Below are positions 9,402-18,913 of a DNA stretch of 64,000 nucleotides, piece after piece. Made by a program: the position numbers and the translations under genes. Below the pieces are notes generated by a model. It saw nothing but the letters and a program-made list of their open reading frames with translations. It did no database searches and was not told where the DNA came from. Positions within the stretch are counted from its first letter, which is position 1; every line of letters begins with the position of its first letter. This DNA is from an uncultured virus (IMG/VR IMGVR_UViG_3300025674_009014) (lineage: Duplodnaviria > Heunggongvirae > Uroviricota > Caudoviricetes), in IMG/VR virus record IMGVR_UViG_3300025674_009014; one strand, 5' to 3'.

Positions 9402-9941
9402 ATGAGAAAAATTTTTTTCTTAGTAATTGTTTTTATTTTTTTATTTCTAGAATCAGTAGGGACTGCAAATATTGTAGTGGTAGAAAAACCTCAAAAAAAG
9501 AAAATGCAATCATTCTCAGTTAATGAGAAGGATGAAATTCATTGTCTGGCAAAAAATATATATTTTGAGGCTGCGGTGGAATCAACTGCCGGTAAACTTG
9601 CTGTTGCATTAGTAACATATAATAGAACACTATCCAAGAATTTCCCTAATACCATTTGTGATGTTGTTCACGATTCTAGAAAAGATTTTCACAACAACCC
9701 AATTTTAAATCGTTGCCAATTTAGTTGGTATTGTGATGGTAAACCAGACATTCCTTTTAATGGTCCTGTTTGGAAGGAAACTCAAAAATTAGCAAAATGG
9801 TTTTATGTAAATCGTGAAAAAATTCCAGATATAACTGATGGCTCAACACATTATCATACGAATTATATAAAAAGACCATATTGGTCAAAAGTTTACGCAA
9901 AAACAGTGTCAATTGATAAACACATTTTTTACAAGGAATAA
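9402..9941 (+). CDS. Cell wall hydrolase, SleB/Hydrolase_2 family
   Basis: CLAKNIYFEA, FPNTICDVV, CQFSWYCDG, GSTHYH, IDKHIFY; GGAG RBS before ATG 9402; N-terminal signal/TM segment. Confidence 0.9.
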   Translation: MRKIFFLVIVFIFLFLESVGTANIVVVEKPQKKKMQSFSVNEKDEIHCLAKNIYFEAAVESTAGKLAVALVTYNRTLSKNFPNTICDVVHDSRKDFHNNPILNRCQFSWYCDGKPDIPFNGPVWKETQKLAKWFYVNREKIPDITDGSTHYHTNYIKRPYWSKVYAKTVSIDKHIFYKE

Positions 9942-9945
9942 CATA

Positions 9946-10923
9946 ATGATAAAAGATTTAGATGTGAAAATTCCTCAACATGAAGAAGGTAATCCTGCTG
10001 AAAATTCTCTAGGCGGCACCGAACTTGTTACAATGGAACTTTTTAGAAGATTACCTCAGAAATATAAAGATGCTTTTCAGATAATAGTATCAAGAATTAT
10101 GAAAATAGATGAAGATAAACCAAAATTGTATTGGTTACATGATCTTGCACTAGATCCTGCACACTCCTTATTGAAAGATTCGAAATCATTAGACATTTTT
10201 GAAAAACTTATTTTTGTTAGCCATTGGCAAATGGAACAATTTAATACTTATTTAAAAATTCCATACTCAAAGAGTGTTGTTATTAAAAATGCTATAGATC
10301 CAATAGAAAAACATGAAAAGGAAAAAACAGATAAATTAAATTTGATATATGCATCAACACCTCAAAGAGGATTAGATGTTTTGTTATATGCTTTGACAAT
10401 GTTAGAACGAGACGATTGGCATTTAGATGTATATTCAAGTTTTAAACTATACGGTTGGCCTGAGAATGATAAACCTTTTGAGAAACTTTTTGAAATATGC
10501 AATGAACATCCAAATATCACTTATTGGGGATCACAACCTTATAGTGTTGTACGTGAAGCGTATAAGAAAGCACATATATTGGCATATCCTTCAACTTGGC
10601 AAGAAACGTCTTGTCGGGTTGCTATGGAAGCAATGAGCGCAGGTTGTGCTGTTGTCACATCTAATTGGGGGGCGTTGCCTGAAACTTGTGGCGAATTTGC
10701 TTATATGAATCAGTATAATGAGAATAAAGTTGAACATGCCGAAGCATTTGCAGATAATTTAGAGAATGTCATGGATGATTATGGTTCAGATGCTATGAAA
10801 AAAAATCTTGACATTCAGGTGGAATACAGTCATAATAACTTTTGTTGGGATAAAAGAATCAATCAATGGATTGAATTTTTAGATAATTTGATTTACGAGA
10901 TGGACCATGATAGTGAAAAGTAA
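9946..10923 (+). CDS. Glycosyltransferase family 4 (GT-B)
   Basis: GGTE, YWLHD, YASTPQRGL, YPSTWQETSCRVAMEAMSAG (Ex7E); start 9946 after AAGGA. Confidence 0.85.
   Translation: MIKDLDVKIPQHEEGNPAENSLGGTELVTMELFRRLPQKYKDAFQIIVSRIMKIDEDKPKLYWLHDLALDPAHSLLKDSKSLDIFEKLIFVSHWQMEQFNTYLKIPYSKSVVIKNAIDPIEKHEKEKTDKLNLIYASTPQRGLDVLLYALTMLERDDWHLDVYSSFKLYGWPENDKPFEKLFEICNEHPNITYWGSQPYSVVREAYKKAHILAYPSTWQETSCRVAMEAMSAGCAVVTSNWGALPETCGEFAYMNQYNENKVEHAEAFADNLENVMDDYGSDAMKKNLDIQVEYSHNNFCWDKRINQWIEFLDNLIYEMDHDSEK
10808..10836 (+). promoter_or_regulatory. Sigma70-type promoter within the 3' end of the GT4 gene
   Basis: TTGACA-N17-CATAAT about 70 nt upstream of the 10907 ORF. Confidence 0.55.
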
Positions 10924-12088
10924 GATGGTGAGAAAAAATAGTAAGGCTATTAGAGAGTCAGTATCCTCAAACCGTAAAAAAAATGAACCAGTTTTAGATG
11001 AAAAATCTACGTTAAAAGATATTACGGAATGTATGAAATGGTACTCTGATTTTTGTGATTCTTCACAATCAAAAAAATGGTTGCTTGAATATATGCAAAA
11101 TTCTGGTTATACTAAAGAAAATATCGCTAAGGTAAAATCTTTATCTTGGCATAAATCAGGACTTGAAATTGAAAATGGAAATATTATAAATTTAAAATTT
11201 GCAGGATTTGTTTCTAGATTGTATAATAGAGGTTATAAAAAAATTATTCCTGAAAATTATACTATTAGAATGAATCTTGTAATAGATTATTGTATAAAAA
11301 CTAGAGCTATTAGTTTTTCTTCTGTCTCTGCTAATGTTCAGAATGAACCATCAGATGTTGACAATAAGTCAATTCAAGAACATATCAAGTCTCAAGTCAG
11401 TAATTTGTGCGGTGAACTTGAAGGTGAGTTAGATGATTTTTATGATAATGGTTTTAAAACAAATTTAAATGTTTATGAGTGGTTGAAGCAAAAAAATGTT
11501 AAAGGACTTATAGCGAAAAAAATAGGTGAGGAATTTAAGCCTTTATTCGAAGAAATTTCCAATATTGAAGTGGATGATGATCTGAGAGAAGCATATAGTC
11601 ATCTTAAAAAAAGTCAACGTAAAAAATATTTGGATTTTCTGAATACTTTGATTGGAGATTGTGATAGATATTCTTCAAATCAAAATAAACAGAGAAAGCC
11701 GAGAAAGAAAAAACCTATTACTGTGGATAAAATAGTTTCTAAATTAAATTGTAAAATTGAAGATTCTGAATATAAGATAAAATCTATTGATTCAACTCAA
11801 ATCATTGGATCTTCTGTACTTTGGGTTTTCAATGTCAAATACAGAAAATTAGGAATTTATACTTCATTGCAATCCGATGGGCTAACTGTTAAAGGAAGTA
11901 GTATTCAAGGATTTGATAAAGAAAAATCTGTTCAAAAAACAATAAGAAAACCTGAAGATGTTTTGAATTTGATACTGAAAGGTCCAAAAGTTTCTACACG
12001 CAAATTTTTCGAATCTATTAAATCTAAAGAACAAACATTAACTGGAAGAATTAATAATGAAACTATACTGTTACGTGTTTTTAAATGA
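10907..12088 (+). CDS. Conserved T4-like phage hypothetical protein
   Basis: C-terminal LWVFNVKYRKLG...VKGSSI...QKTIRKP...LTGRINNETILL motif set that I associate with large myoviruses. Confidence 0.7.
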   Translation: MIVKSKMVRKNSKAIRESVSSNRKKNEPVLDEKSTLKDITECMKWYSDFCDSSQSKKWLLEYMQNSGYTKENIAKVKSLSWHKSGLEIENGNIINLKFAGFVSRLYNRGYKKIIPENYTIRMNLVIDYCIKTRAISFSSVSANVQNEPSDVDNKSIQEHIKSQVSNLCGELEGELDDFYDNGFKTNLNVYEWLKQKNVKGLIAKKIGEEFKPLFEEISNIEVDDDLREAYSHLKKSQRKKYLDFLNTLIGDCDRYSSNQNKQRKPRKKKPITVDKIVSKLNCKIEDSEYKIKSIDSTQIIGSSVLWVFNVKYRKLGIYTSLQSDGLTVKGSSIQGFDKEKSVQKTIRKPEDVLNLILKGPKVSTRKFFESIKSKEQTLTGRINNETILLRVFK

Positions 12089-12690
12089 AAACTATAAAAA
12101 TTCTACCAAAAGAAATTTTTAAATTTGAGTATGATGAAAATAGTTCACTAGAAAAGTTGGTTTTGAATATTCTTTCAGATAAGAATCAAAATTTTAATCC
12201 TAAACCTAAATATCAAAAAATTTTTGATTTTGATTTATATCCTAAAAATTTTCAAAATTTTTTGAATGATTGTATAAACTTCACCCTTTTAAGTGAAAAA
12301 GTAAAATATGAATCGTATTCGATACCTTTAAACTGGATCAATATTTTTGATAAAAGTGTTAATTTTCATGAAACACATTCTCATCAGAATAGTATATATT
12401 CTGGTGTCTATTATTATGAAACAATTGAAAATGATTCTATTTGTTTTTATGACATTGAGCCTGTTGTAGGAAACTTCTTGGATATATTAAGAAAGGATTT
12501 TAAATCGTATTATGAAAATAAAGATTGTGTTTCTGTGAAATCTGGTGATTTACTTCTTTTCAGATCTTACTTTTTTCATGGTGTTGATAAATTTTATATT
12601 CCCAATAATTCAAATACTAAAAGAATCTCCTTTTCTTTTAATGTAAATTTACAGGGAATTGGTTCTGTTGAAAGATTAACATATAGGTAA
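12085..12690 (+). CDS. Putative 2OG-Fe(II) oxygenase
   Basis: WIN...HETHSHQNSIYSGVYY, GDLLLFRSYFFHGV, RISFSFN. Confidence 0.85.
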   Translation: MKTIKILPKEIFKFEYDENSSLEKLVLNILSDKNQNFNPKPKYQKIFDFDLYPKNFQNFLNDCINFTLLSEKVKYESYSIPLNWINIFDKSVNFHETHSHQNSIYSGVYYYETIENDSICFYDIEPVVGNFLDILRKDFKSYYENKDCVSVKSGDLLLFRSYFFHGVDKFYIPNNSNTKRISFSFNVNLQGIGSVERLTYR

Positions 12691-12696
12691 AATATT

Positions 12697-13563
12697 ATGA
12701 TACTTCTTGATTATTCTCAAATTGTTATCGCAAATGTGATGACTAATCCTAAAGATATGGGTGTTGATTTTATTCGACATCTTGTATTGAATACCATTCG
12801 AATGTATAATCAAAAATTTAAAGAAGAATATGGTGATCTGATTATTTGTTGCGATGGATCTAATAATTGGCGCCGTGGTTATTTTGAACATTATAAAGCA
12901 AGTCGTAAAACAACTAGAGATAAATCCGAATTTGATTGGAATGAATTGTTTAGAATATTACACTTAATTCGTGAAGAACTTGATGAATACTTTCCTTACA
13001 AGGTTCTTCATTTGGATGGTGCTGAGGCAGATGATATCATTTCCGCATTAACTATATATACTAGTGAAAACAAAGTGATGAATGGTCTGTTTGAAGAACC
13101 TGAACCTGTTTTAATTTTATCCAGTGATAAGGATTTTCAGCAACTTCAAAAATTTGAAAATGTTAAGCAATACTCTCCTTTAAAGAAAAAATTCATCAAA
13201 ACAAGTAATCCTAAGCAATTTCTCAAAGAACATATAATGCGTGGAGATACGAGTGATGGGGTTCCTAATTTTTTATCAGATGATGACGCTTTTGTGTCAG
13301 ACAATAAACGTCAAAAACCATTATCTTCTAAAAAATTAAGTGTTTGGCTTGAACTTGATCCTGAAGAATTCTGTGAAGGTGAAATGTTGAGAAATTACCG
13401 CAGAAATGAAATGTTAATAGATTTAACTAAAATACCGACAAAACTATATGATGAAATTATCAATACGTATGTAAATAAAAAAGATGTGGGACGAGGAAAA
13501 CTTTTCAACTATTTTGTTAAAAATCGTCTTAAAAATTTAATGGAAAATTTAAATGAATTTTAG
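12697..13563 (+). CDS. rnh: T4-like RNase H / 5'-3' exonuclease
   Basis: MILLDYSQ, NWRR..F..YKASRK, EADDII, SSDKDFQQL, GDTSDGVPN. Confidence 0.92.
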   Translation: MILLDYSQIVIANVMTNPKDMGVDFIRHLVLNTIRMYNQKFKEEYGDLIICCDGSNNWRRGYFEHYKASRKTTRDKSEFDWNELFRILHLIREELDEYFPYKVLHLDGAEADDIISALTIYTSENKVMNGLFEEPEPVLILSSDKDFQQLQKFENVKQYSPLKKKFIKTSNPKQFLKEHIMRGDTSDGVPNFLSDDDAFVSDNKRQKPLSSKKLSVWLELDPEEFCEGEMLRNYRRNEMLIDLTKIPTKLYDEIINTYVNKKDVGRGKLFNYFVKNRLKNLMENLNEF

Positions 13564-13571
13564 GAGTAATA

Positions 13572-14105
13572 ATGCCGTCTAGAATAACTAGTGACATATT
13601 AAAAACTGCAAATAGTTTCAAAGATGATGATGCTAGAATGCAGTATATTAGAGAAAACGCTACAATAGCGGTAAAAGAAATGATCAATATCAATTTTAAT
13701 CCAAATGTAAAATTTTTATTACCAGAAGGTAGTCCAGATTTAAATTTTGGTGAAGAGGGTGAATTTAGACCAAAGAATAACTATTTTCCCAATAATTCTT
13801 CTGGTGATGATGGCGCAACTTTAAATTATGAAATACGAAAGATGTATTTATTTGTTGAAGGATCATCTCCTGAAAATATTACACAATTGAAGAGAGAGAC
13901 TTTGTGGATACAATTATTAAATTCTTTAGGATCTGATGAGGCTGAGGATATATCACTATGCAAAGATAAAAAATTACATGAGAAATATAAAAATATAACT
14001 CATGAATTTTGTCATAAAGCATTTCCGGAGTTTGTTAGTCAACCCCAAGAAAAACTTAAAAGAGATACTAAAGGGCGTTTTTCTAGGAAGAAAAAGGAAG
14101 AATGA
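13572..14105 (+). CDS. Conserved phage hypothetical protein downstream of rnh
   Basis: FLLPEGSP...LKRETLWIQLL...EA..KDK motifs; AGGAG RBS. Confidence 0.7.
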   Translation: MPSRITSDILKTANSFKDDDARMQYIRENATIAVKEMININFNPNVKFLLPEGSPDLNFGEEGEFRPKNNYFPNNSSGDDGATLNYEIRKMYLFVEGSSPENITQLKRETLWIQLLNSLGSDEAEDISLCKDKKLHEKYKNITHEFCHKAFPEFVSQPQEKLKRDTKGRFSRKKKEE

Positions 14106-14818
14106 TGAAAGTATTAATGTATTGTTCTGGAATAAATACAGAATTACGTCCCTTTTCAGATATGATGCCAAAGTCATTGTTGCCGATAAAAGGAAAACCG
14201 ATTCTTTATCATAATTTGGATTGGTTGCACAAGTTCAATGTCGAAGGTATAGTTATTAGTTCCTCTTATCGACATAATCAATTAAAGATGAAATTAGATT
14301 CATATAAATCGAGTATTCCTATACATTTACACAGAGAACCTAAAATTGTTGGAACTGCAAAAACGTTAAAAAATATGCACTATAAATTTGATGACGAACC
14401 TTTTGTGTTTCTGCATGGAGATGTTTTGTATGATTTTAATTTAGATGAAGTATATTCCAAGCATAAAAAGAAGAATAACACAATATCATTGATTTGTCAT
14501 AGAGGAAAAGGAATTAATAGAAATAAAAATATTGTAAAGATGCAAGAAAATAATGAAAATAATATTGACAAAATTATTGTTAAACCTTATTATACTTCTG
14601 AGTATGAGATGATTATGACTTCAGGAGCATTTATTTCAAATCCATCAATCCATTCAAAAATAACTGATAAACACTATGATTTAATTGATGATTTATTGCC
14701 GGAGATAGTATCTGAAATAGACATTATAATAGAACAACAAAATAAAATATTTTATAGTTCTAATGATTATATACGAGAATGTAAAACTTGGTCTTCATAT
14801 GACTTTATATATTATTAG
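14102..14818 (+). CDS. Sugar-phosphate nucleotidyltransferase-like protein
   Basis: Degenerate GxGTRLRP (SGINTELRPF), PKSLLPI, GTA, HGD. Confidence 0.8.
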   Translation: MMKVLMYCSGINTELRPFSDMMPKSLLPIKGKPILYHNLDWLHKFNVEGIVISSSYRHNQLKMKLDSYKSSIPIHLHREPKIVGTAKTLKNMHYKFDDEPFVFLHGDVLYDFNLDEVYSKHKKKNNTISLICHRGKGINRNKNIVKMQENNENNIDKIIVKPYYTSEYEMIMTSGAFISNPSIHSKITDKHYDLIDDLLPEIVSEIDIIIEQQNKIFYSSNDYIRECKTWSSYDFIYY

Positions 14819-14824
14819 GATGAA

Positions 14825-15865
14825 ATGAGACAGATAATCGAAAAAACTGAAAAAATCAATAAAACTTTTCCAGACCGTGCCATTGTCGTGAATGGTCATT
14901 GTAATAACTTTTTTAAAAAAGTTATGCTCATTGAATTGCTAGAACTTTTAAAAAATAAATTTAAGGATTGTTGTATTATATATGCAACACATTTGCCCGT
15001 TGATTTAGAAATTTATGATTATGTGGATTATGTTGTTTATAATAAAAATAATCCTATTTTTAACAAAGAAATAAACACAGATTTTTCAAAAAGCTCATGG
15101 TGGTGGAATACCTGGACATATAGAGGTGATAAAAATTTAAGATTGATGAGAAACCAGTTATATCACGGTTATGCTCATCATATGTTATTAAATGATTCTA
15201 CAGCATTGGCAAAAAATCAAAGGATAGAATTTATTCATTATGTAAATTACGATGTTAGATTAGACGTAGTAGAAACTTTAAACGTTCACTATAAACTTTT
15301 AAAATCCGATGGATATGATTTGGTCGCATATCAATATTTTGATGATGGTATGGGAACTGAATTTTTTTCTGCCAGAACTAATGCGGCAGTTGATTCTATG
15401 TGTTCAGTTTTATCATTAGAAGAATATGAGAGTTTTAGATCACCATCACTGGAACAGCAATATAAAATAATGTTCAAGGGTAAAAAAATAAAGAATTTAG
15501 GGTTTTTTAAACAAGATGAATTTGACGTTGGTAGATTGAAATTTGATTTTAGAGATAAAGTTGATACTGTAGTGCTTTTAAATTCCAATATAGATGGTGT
15601 TATAATTATACCTTATATGTATGAAGGAGTGAGTAAAATAAATATTAGTAATTCTAATTCTTATTCACAAAACATAAAAATAGAACAATACGATTCTACT
15701 TTTGAGAAAAAACACTTTGAATTTGTTCCTTTGAGTTCCAATCAATGGATTGAACTTATTCCAAGACCAGATTCAAGATACATAAAAATATTTTTTGATG
15801 ATATAGAAAAAACATTTTTTGATTTATCAAATAAGTTTAATTATGGAATTTGTATGACATTTTAG
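14825..15865 (+). CDS. Hypothetical protein, possible GT-A-like fold; paralog of 60994..62001
   Basis: ATHLPV...VDYVVYNKNN and HYVNYD match TTHTPA...VDYFVYDKEN and HIMDYD in 60994..62001. Confidence 0.6.
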   Translation: MRQIIEKTEKINKTFPDRAIVVNGHCNNFFKKVMLIELLELLKNKFKDCCIIYATHLPVDLEIYDYVDYVVYNKNNPIFNKEINTDFSKSSWWWNTWTYRGDKNLRLMRNQLYHGYAHHMLLNDSTALAKNQRIEFIHYVNYDVRLDVVETLNVHYKLLKSDGYDLVAYQYFDDGMGTEFFSARTNAAVDSMCSVLSLEEYESFRSPSLEQQYKIMFKGKKIKNLGFFKQDEFDVGRLKFDFRDKVDTVVLLNSNIDGVIIIPYMYEGVSKINISNSNSYSQNIKIEQYDSTFEKKHFEFVPLSSNQWIELIPRPDSRYIKIFFDDIEKTFFDLSNKFNYGICMTF

Positions 15866-15873
15866 GGGAAAAT

Positions 15874-16140
15874 ATGCCAGCTTATGATTATTATTGCAAA
15901 ACGTGTGGTTTAGAATTCGAAGAAATATTACCTATTGATCAGAGAAATAAACCTTGCACAGCACCTTCTACTTACTGTCAAGAAATAGAATCTCAATGTG
16001 AAATATTACTTAAAGTTTCCACTCCTTTTGTAGGTGATGCTATGAGACAAGGTTTGAAAAAACCTGACCGAGCATTTAACGATAAACTCAAAGAAATTAA
16101 AAAAGCACATTTTGGTAATAATGTGAAGGTTTACGAATAA
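15874..16140 (+). CDS. FmdB-family zinc-ribbon protein
   Basis: MPAYDYYCKTCGLEFE start motif; GGGG RBS. Confidence 0.8.
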   Translation: MPAYDYYCKTCGLEFEEILPIDQRNKPCTAPSTYCQEIESQCEILLKVSTPFVGDAMRQGLKKPDRAFNDKLKEIKKAHFGNNVKVYE

Positions 16141-16141
16141 A

Positions 16142-16822
16142 ATGATTTCCTATGATTTTAGTATTTCTTCATATTGTAACGCTGCGTGTCCATCCTGCAA
16201 ACGATATAAAGATTTCTGTAAAACAAACTATGTAGATCCCAAAAACCTTAATCCTTCTTTGGTGCAAAAACACATGAAATATGATGTTTTTGAAAAATCA
16301 ATAATAGATAATTATGATTATTTTGTGTGCCGTGATGTCATATTTGAAGGTGAACTTGGTGATTCTATGATGAATCCTGAATTGTTTAAATTTATAAATT
16401 TTGGTTCTAAAGTTTTTAGAGTTTTACTTATTGTGACCAATGGAGGCACAAGAAACCATTCATTCTATAATAAAGTAGGAAATCAATATAAAAACGTTGA
16501 AATAAAGTTTTCAATTGATGGTTTAGAGCCAGATACTAATGGAATTTATAGAAGACGAGTTGATACACAAAAAGCATTATCAAATATGATTTGTTTTTCA
16601 AAAACAAAATATGGATCACGAAACACTTATTGGCAATATATCATTTTTGAACATAATTATTTTGAAATTCCAGACGTTTTACAATTGGCAGCTGAGCATA
16701 ATATAACTGTTTTTTTAAAAATCAATAAAAGACCTAGATTTTTAATACAAGATAATAAAATAAAAATAGTAGAAAAATATTATGAAGAGTATAAATTTAA
16801 TAAATCATTTTTGGAATTATAG
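16142..16822 (+). CDS. Radical SAM protein (core only)
   Basis: CNAACPSC (CX3CX2C), TNGG, FSIDGL, WQYIIFEHN. Confidence 0.85.
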   Translation: MISYDFSISSYCNAACPSCKRYKDFCKTNYVDPKNLNPSLVQKHMKYDVFEKSIIDNYDYFVCRDVIFEGELGDSMMNPELFKFINFGSKVFRVLLIVTNGGTRNHSFYNKVGNQYKNVEIKFSIDGLEPDTNGIYRRRVDTQKALSNMICFSKTKYGSRNTYWQYIIFEHNYFEIPDVLQLAAEHNITVFLKINKRPRFLIQDNKIKIVEKYYEEYKFNKSFLEL

Positions 16823-17112
16823 TGAATAATTATTGCGTCAAATGTATTTTTTATGAAGACAAACAGTGGAAAGAAACTGAAATATCAGTAGACATGAAGG
16901 TGTATCCTTGCTGTGTTTTGCATTATTTTCATTTTATGGATAAAACATTCTATGATGAATATTTAGACAATTTACCTGAAAATTGGAATTCTTTAGAACA
17001 CAATAGCATGAAAAATATTTTAGAAATTTATAGAAATTATATAACACCTGAAAAATGGGAAAGTGAAAAAACTTGTCCGCCTTGTTGTCTCAATAGTTGT
17101 AGGAAAGAATGA
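16822..17112 (+). CDS. Stand-alone SPASM/twitch-like Cys-rich domain
   Basis: C..C, VYPCC, CxxC..C; equivalent to the C-termini of paralogs 40694, 42839 and 49608; GTG overlaps the upstream TAG. Confidence 0.7.
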   Translation: MNNYCVKCIFYEDKQWKETEISVDMKVYPCCVLHYFHFMDKTFYDEYLDNLPENWNSLEHNSMKNILEIYRNYITPEKWESEKTCPPCCLNSCRKE

Positions 17113-17771
17113 AAAAATTTATACATGAAAGCGTGCTTGAGGATATAGAATTAGAAAGTATTAATGTAAATGGTAAGAGATTGTATGTGACACCTGATGG
17201 AAAAAAATATCCATCGATAACAACTGTATTATCAAATTATAATAAAAAATCCATTTACGAGTGGAGAAAAAGAGTAGGTGAGCAAGAAGCAAATAAAATA
17301 TCAACCAAAGCATCTCGCAGAGGAACGAAGGTGCATAAATTATGCGAAGATTACTTAAACAATGAAAAAAATATTTTTGAAGGATATACTCCTGATAATA
17401 TAGAAATGTTTAAATCTATTCAAAATATTTTAGATGATATTGAAATTGTATATACACAAGAAACAACATTATTTTCACATCATTTAAAAACAGCAGGTAG
17501 AGTTGATTGTGTTGGTAAGTTCAGAGGTAAAAAATGTATCATAGATTTTAAAACATCATCAAAACCTAAAAAGAAAGAATGGATTGACAATTATTTTATG
17601 CAAGGATCTGGATATTCGGTGATGTGGGAAGAAATGACAGGGATCCCTATATCCAACATTGCTATTATTATTGCAGTTGATCAAAATGAACCTCAAGTTT
17701 TTATGGAAAAAAGAGATAACTGGATTGATAAATTCATTGAACTTAGAAATGAATTTGATTTTGATTTTTGA
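17109..17771 (+). CDS. PD-(D/E)XK exonuclease (T4-like phage)
   Basis: YPSITTVL, WRKRVG, RGTKVH, AGRVDC, IIDFKTS, YFMQ..Y. Confidence 0.9.
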   Translation: MKKFIHESVLEDIELESINVNGKRLYVTPDGKKYPSITTVLSNYNKKSIYEWRKRVGEQEANKISTKASRRGTKVHKLCEDYLNNEKNIFEGYTPDNIEMFKSIQNILDDIEIVYTQETTLFSHHLKTAGRVDCVGKFRGKKCIIDFKTSSKPKKKEWIDNYFMQGSGYSVMWEEMTGIPISNIAIIIAVDQNEPQVFMEKRDNWIDKFIELRNEFDFDF

Positions 17772-18910
17772 TCATGTACGAAATAATAGATCTTACGAAA
17801 AATTTTAATTTTAAGATTCATTCGGAAAAATTTTTTGAAGATTTCAAACATGTGCTAACAACTGATAAGAAAGTACTGATTATTGACTATATAGAAGCTG
17901 ATGCTTTCTGGCCAATACAAAAATACGGAAGAAACGTAATAGATGTATTAACAGGTTTTTTTAAAAATTTTGATAACGATGTATATTATGTCACCGCTGA
18001 TTTATCTGCAATAGAATTATACGAAAAATACTTAAAAGAAAATAATTTAAAGAAAAAAATTCACATAGTAATATATCCTTTTTCTACTTTGATTAAAGAC
18101 ATGTCAGGTCATTTATTAGAAAAAGAATTTATGAAAAGATTGAATTTTAGTTACAATAGTTTGATAATTGATAAAACTAAAAAAATAAATTTTAAAATAA
18201 ATAAAAATTTTATATGTCTAATTTCAAAGCCTAAAAATTATAGATTAATTTTTTTGAATAATTTAATAAATTATAAGTATTTTGAATATTCATTATCTCA
18301 TACTAATGAAAAAAATAGTATGTTAGAAAATGATTTAGATTATCACAGATTATCAAAAAATATTATTTCTGATAAAACAAATCCATTTAAAATATCTTGT
18401 GCAAAAAATAAAAATTTATCAGAGTTTAGTCAATTTTATTATGAGGATGATAAATTAATTTTAGAGGATTTAATTCATTACGTTCCAATAGAATTTTTAA
18501 AGTCGAATGTAAACATTGTATGCGAATCTTATTGTGAAGATAGTGTAATGTACACTGAGAAAACATGGAAGTCCATTTATTATGGTAAACCTTTTTTGAT
18601 ATTAGGTGCAAAAAACCAAAATGTAAAACTTAAACAATTAGGATTTTTTATATATGATGATGTGTTTAATTATGAGTTTGATCGACAGGATGATATTATT
18701 ACTAGAATGAATATGTTGATTTTGGAAATAAAAAAATTTATAAATTTAAATCCCGAAGATTTTAAAAAAATTCTAAAAAAAATAGAATACAAAGTTGTGT
18801 TAAATAAAAAAACATATGAAAAAATTTTAGTTAGAGAAAAAGATTATATCAATTGTTGTAGAGAAAACAATTCAGAATTAATAGAACAGCTAATAAATAA
18901 ATTTGGGTAG
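17768..18910 (+). CDS. Hypothetical protein (TEKTWK..KPF motif; possible glycosyltransferase-like)
   Basis: NIVCES...YTEKTWKSIYYGKPFLILG...LKQLGF motif. Confidence 0.55.
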   Translation: MIMYEIIDLTKNFNFKIHSEKFFEDFKHVLTTDKKVLIIDYIEADAFWPIQKYGRNVIDVLTGFFKNFDNDVYYVTADLSAIELYEKYLKENNLKKKIHIVIYPFSTLIKDMSGHLLEKEFMKRLNFSYNSLIIDKTKKINFKINKNFICLISKPKNYRLIFLNNLINYKYFEYSLSHTNEKNSMLENDLDYHRLSKNIISDKTNPFKISCAKNKNLSEFSQFYYEDDKLILEDLIHYVPIEFLKSNVNIVCESYCEDSVMYTEKTWKSIYYGKPFLILGAKNQNVKLKQLGFFIYDDVFNYEFDRQDDIITRMNMLILEIKKFINLNPEDFKKILKKIEYKVVLNKKTYEKILVREKDYINCCRENNSELIEQLINKFG

Positions 18911-18913
18911 AAA

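Noticed and set aside
17109..17771. Cas4/CRISPR association of the PD-(D/E)XK nuclease
   Set aside because: No four-Cys Cas4 pattern, no other cas genes and no repeat-spacer array seen anywhere in the window.
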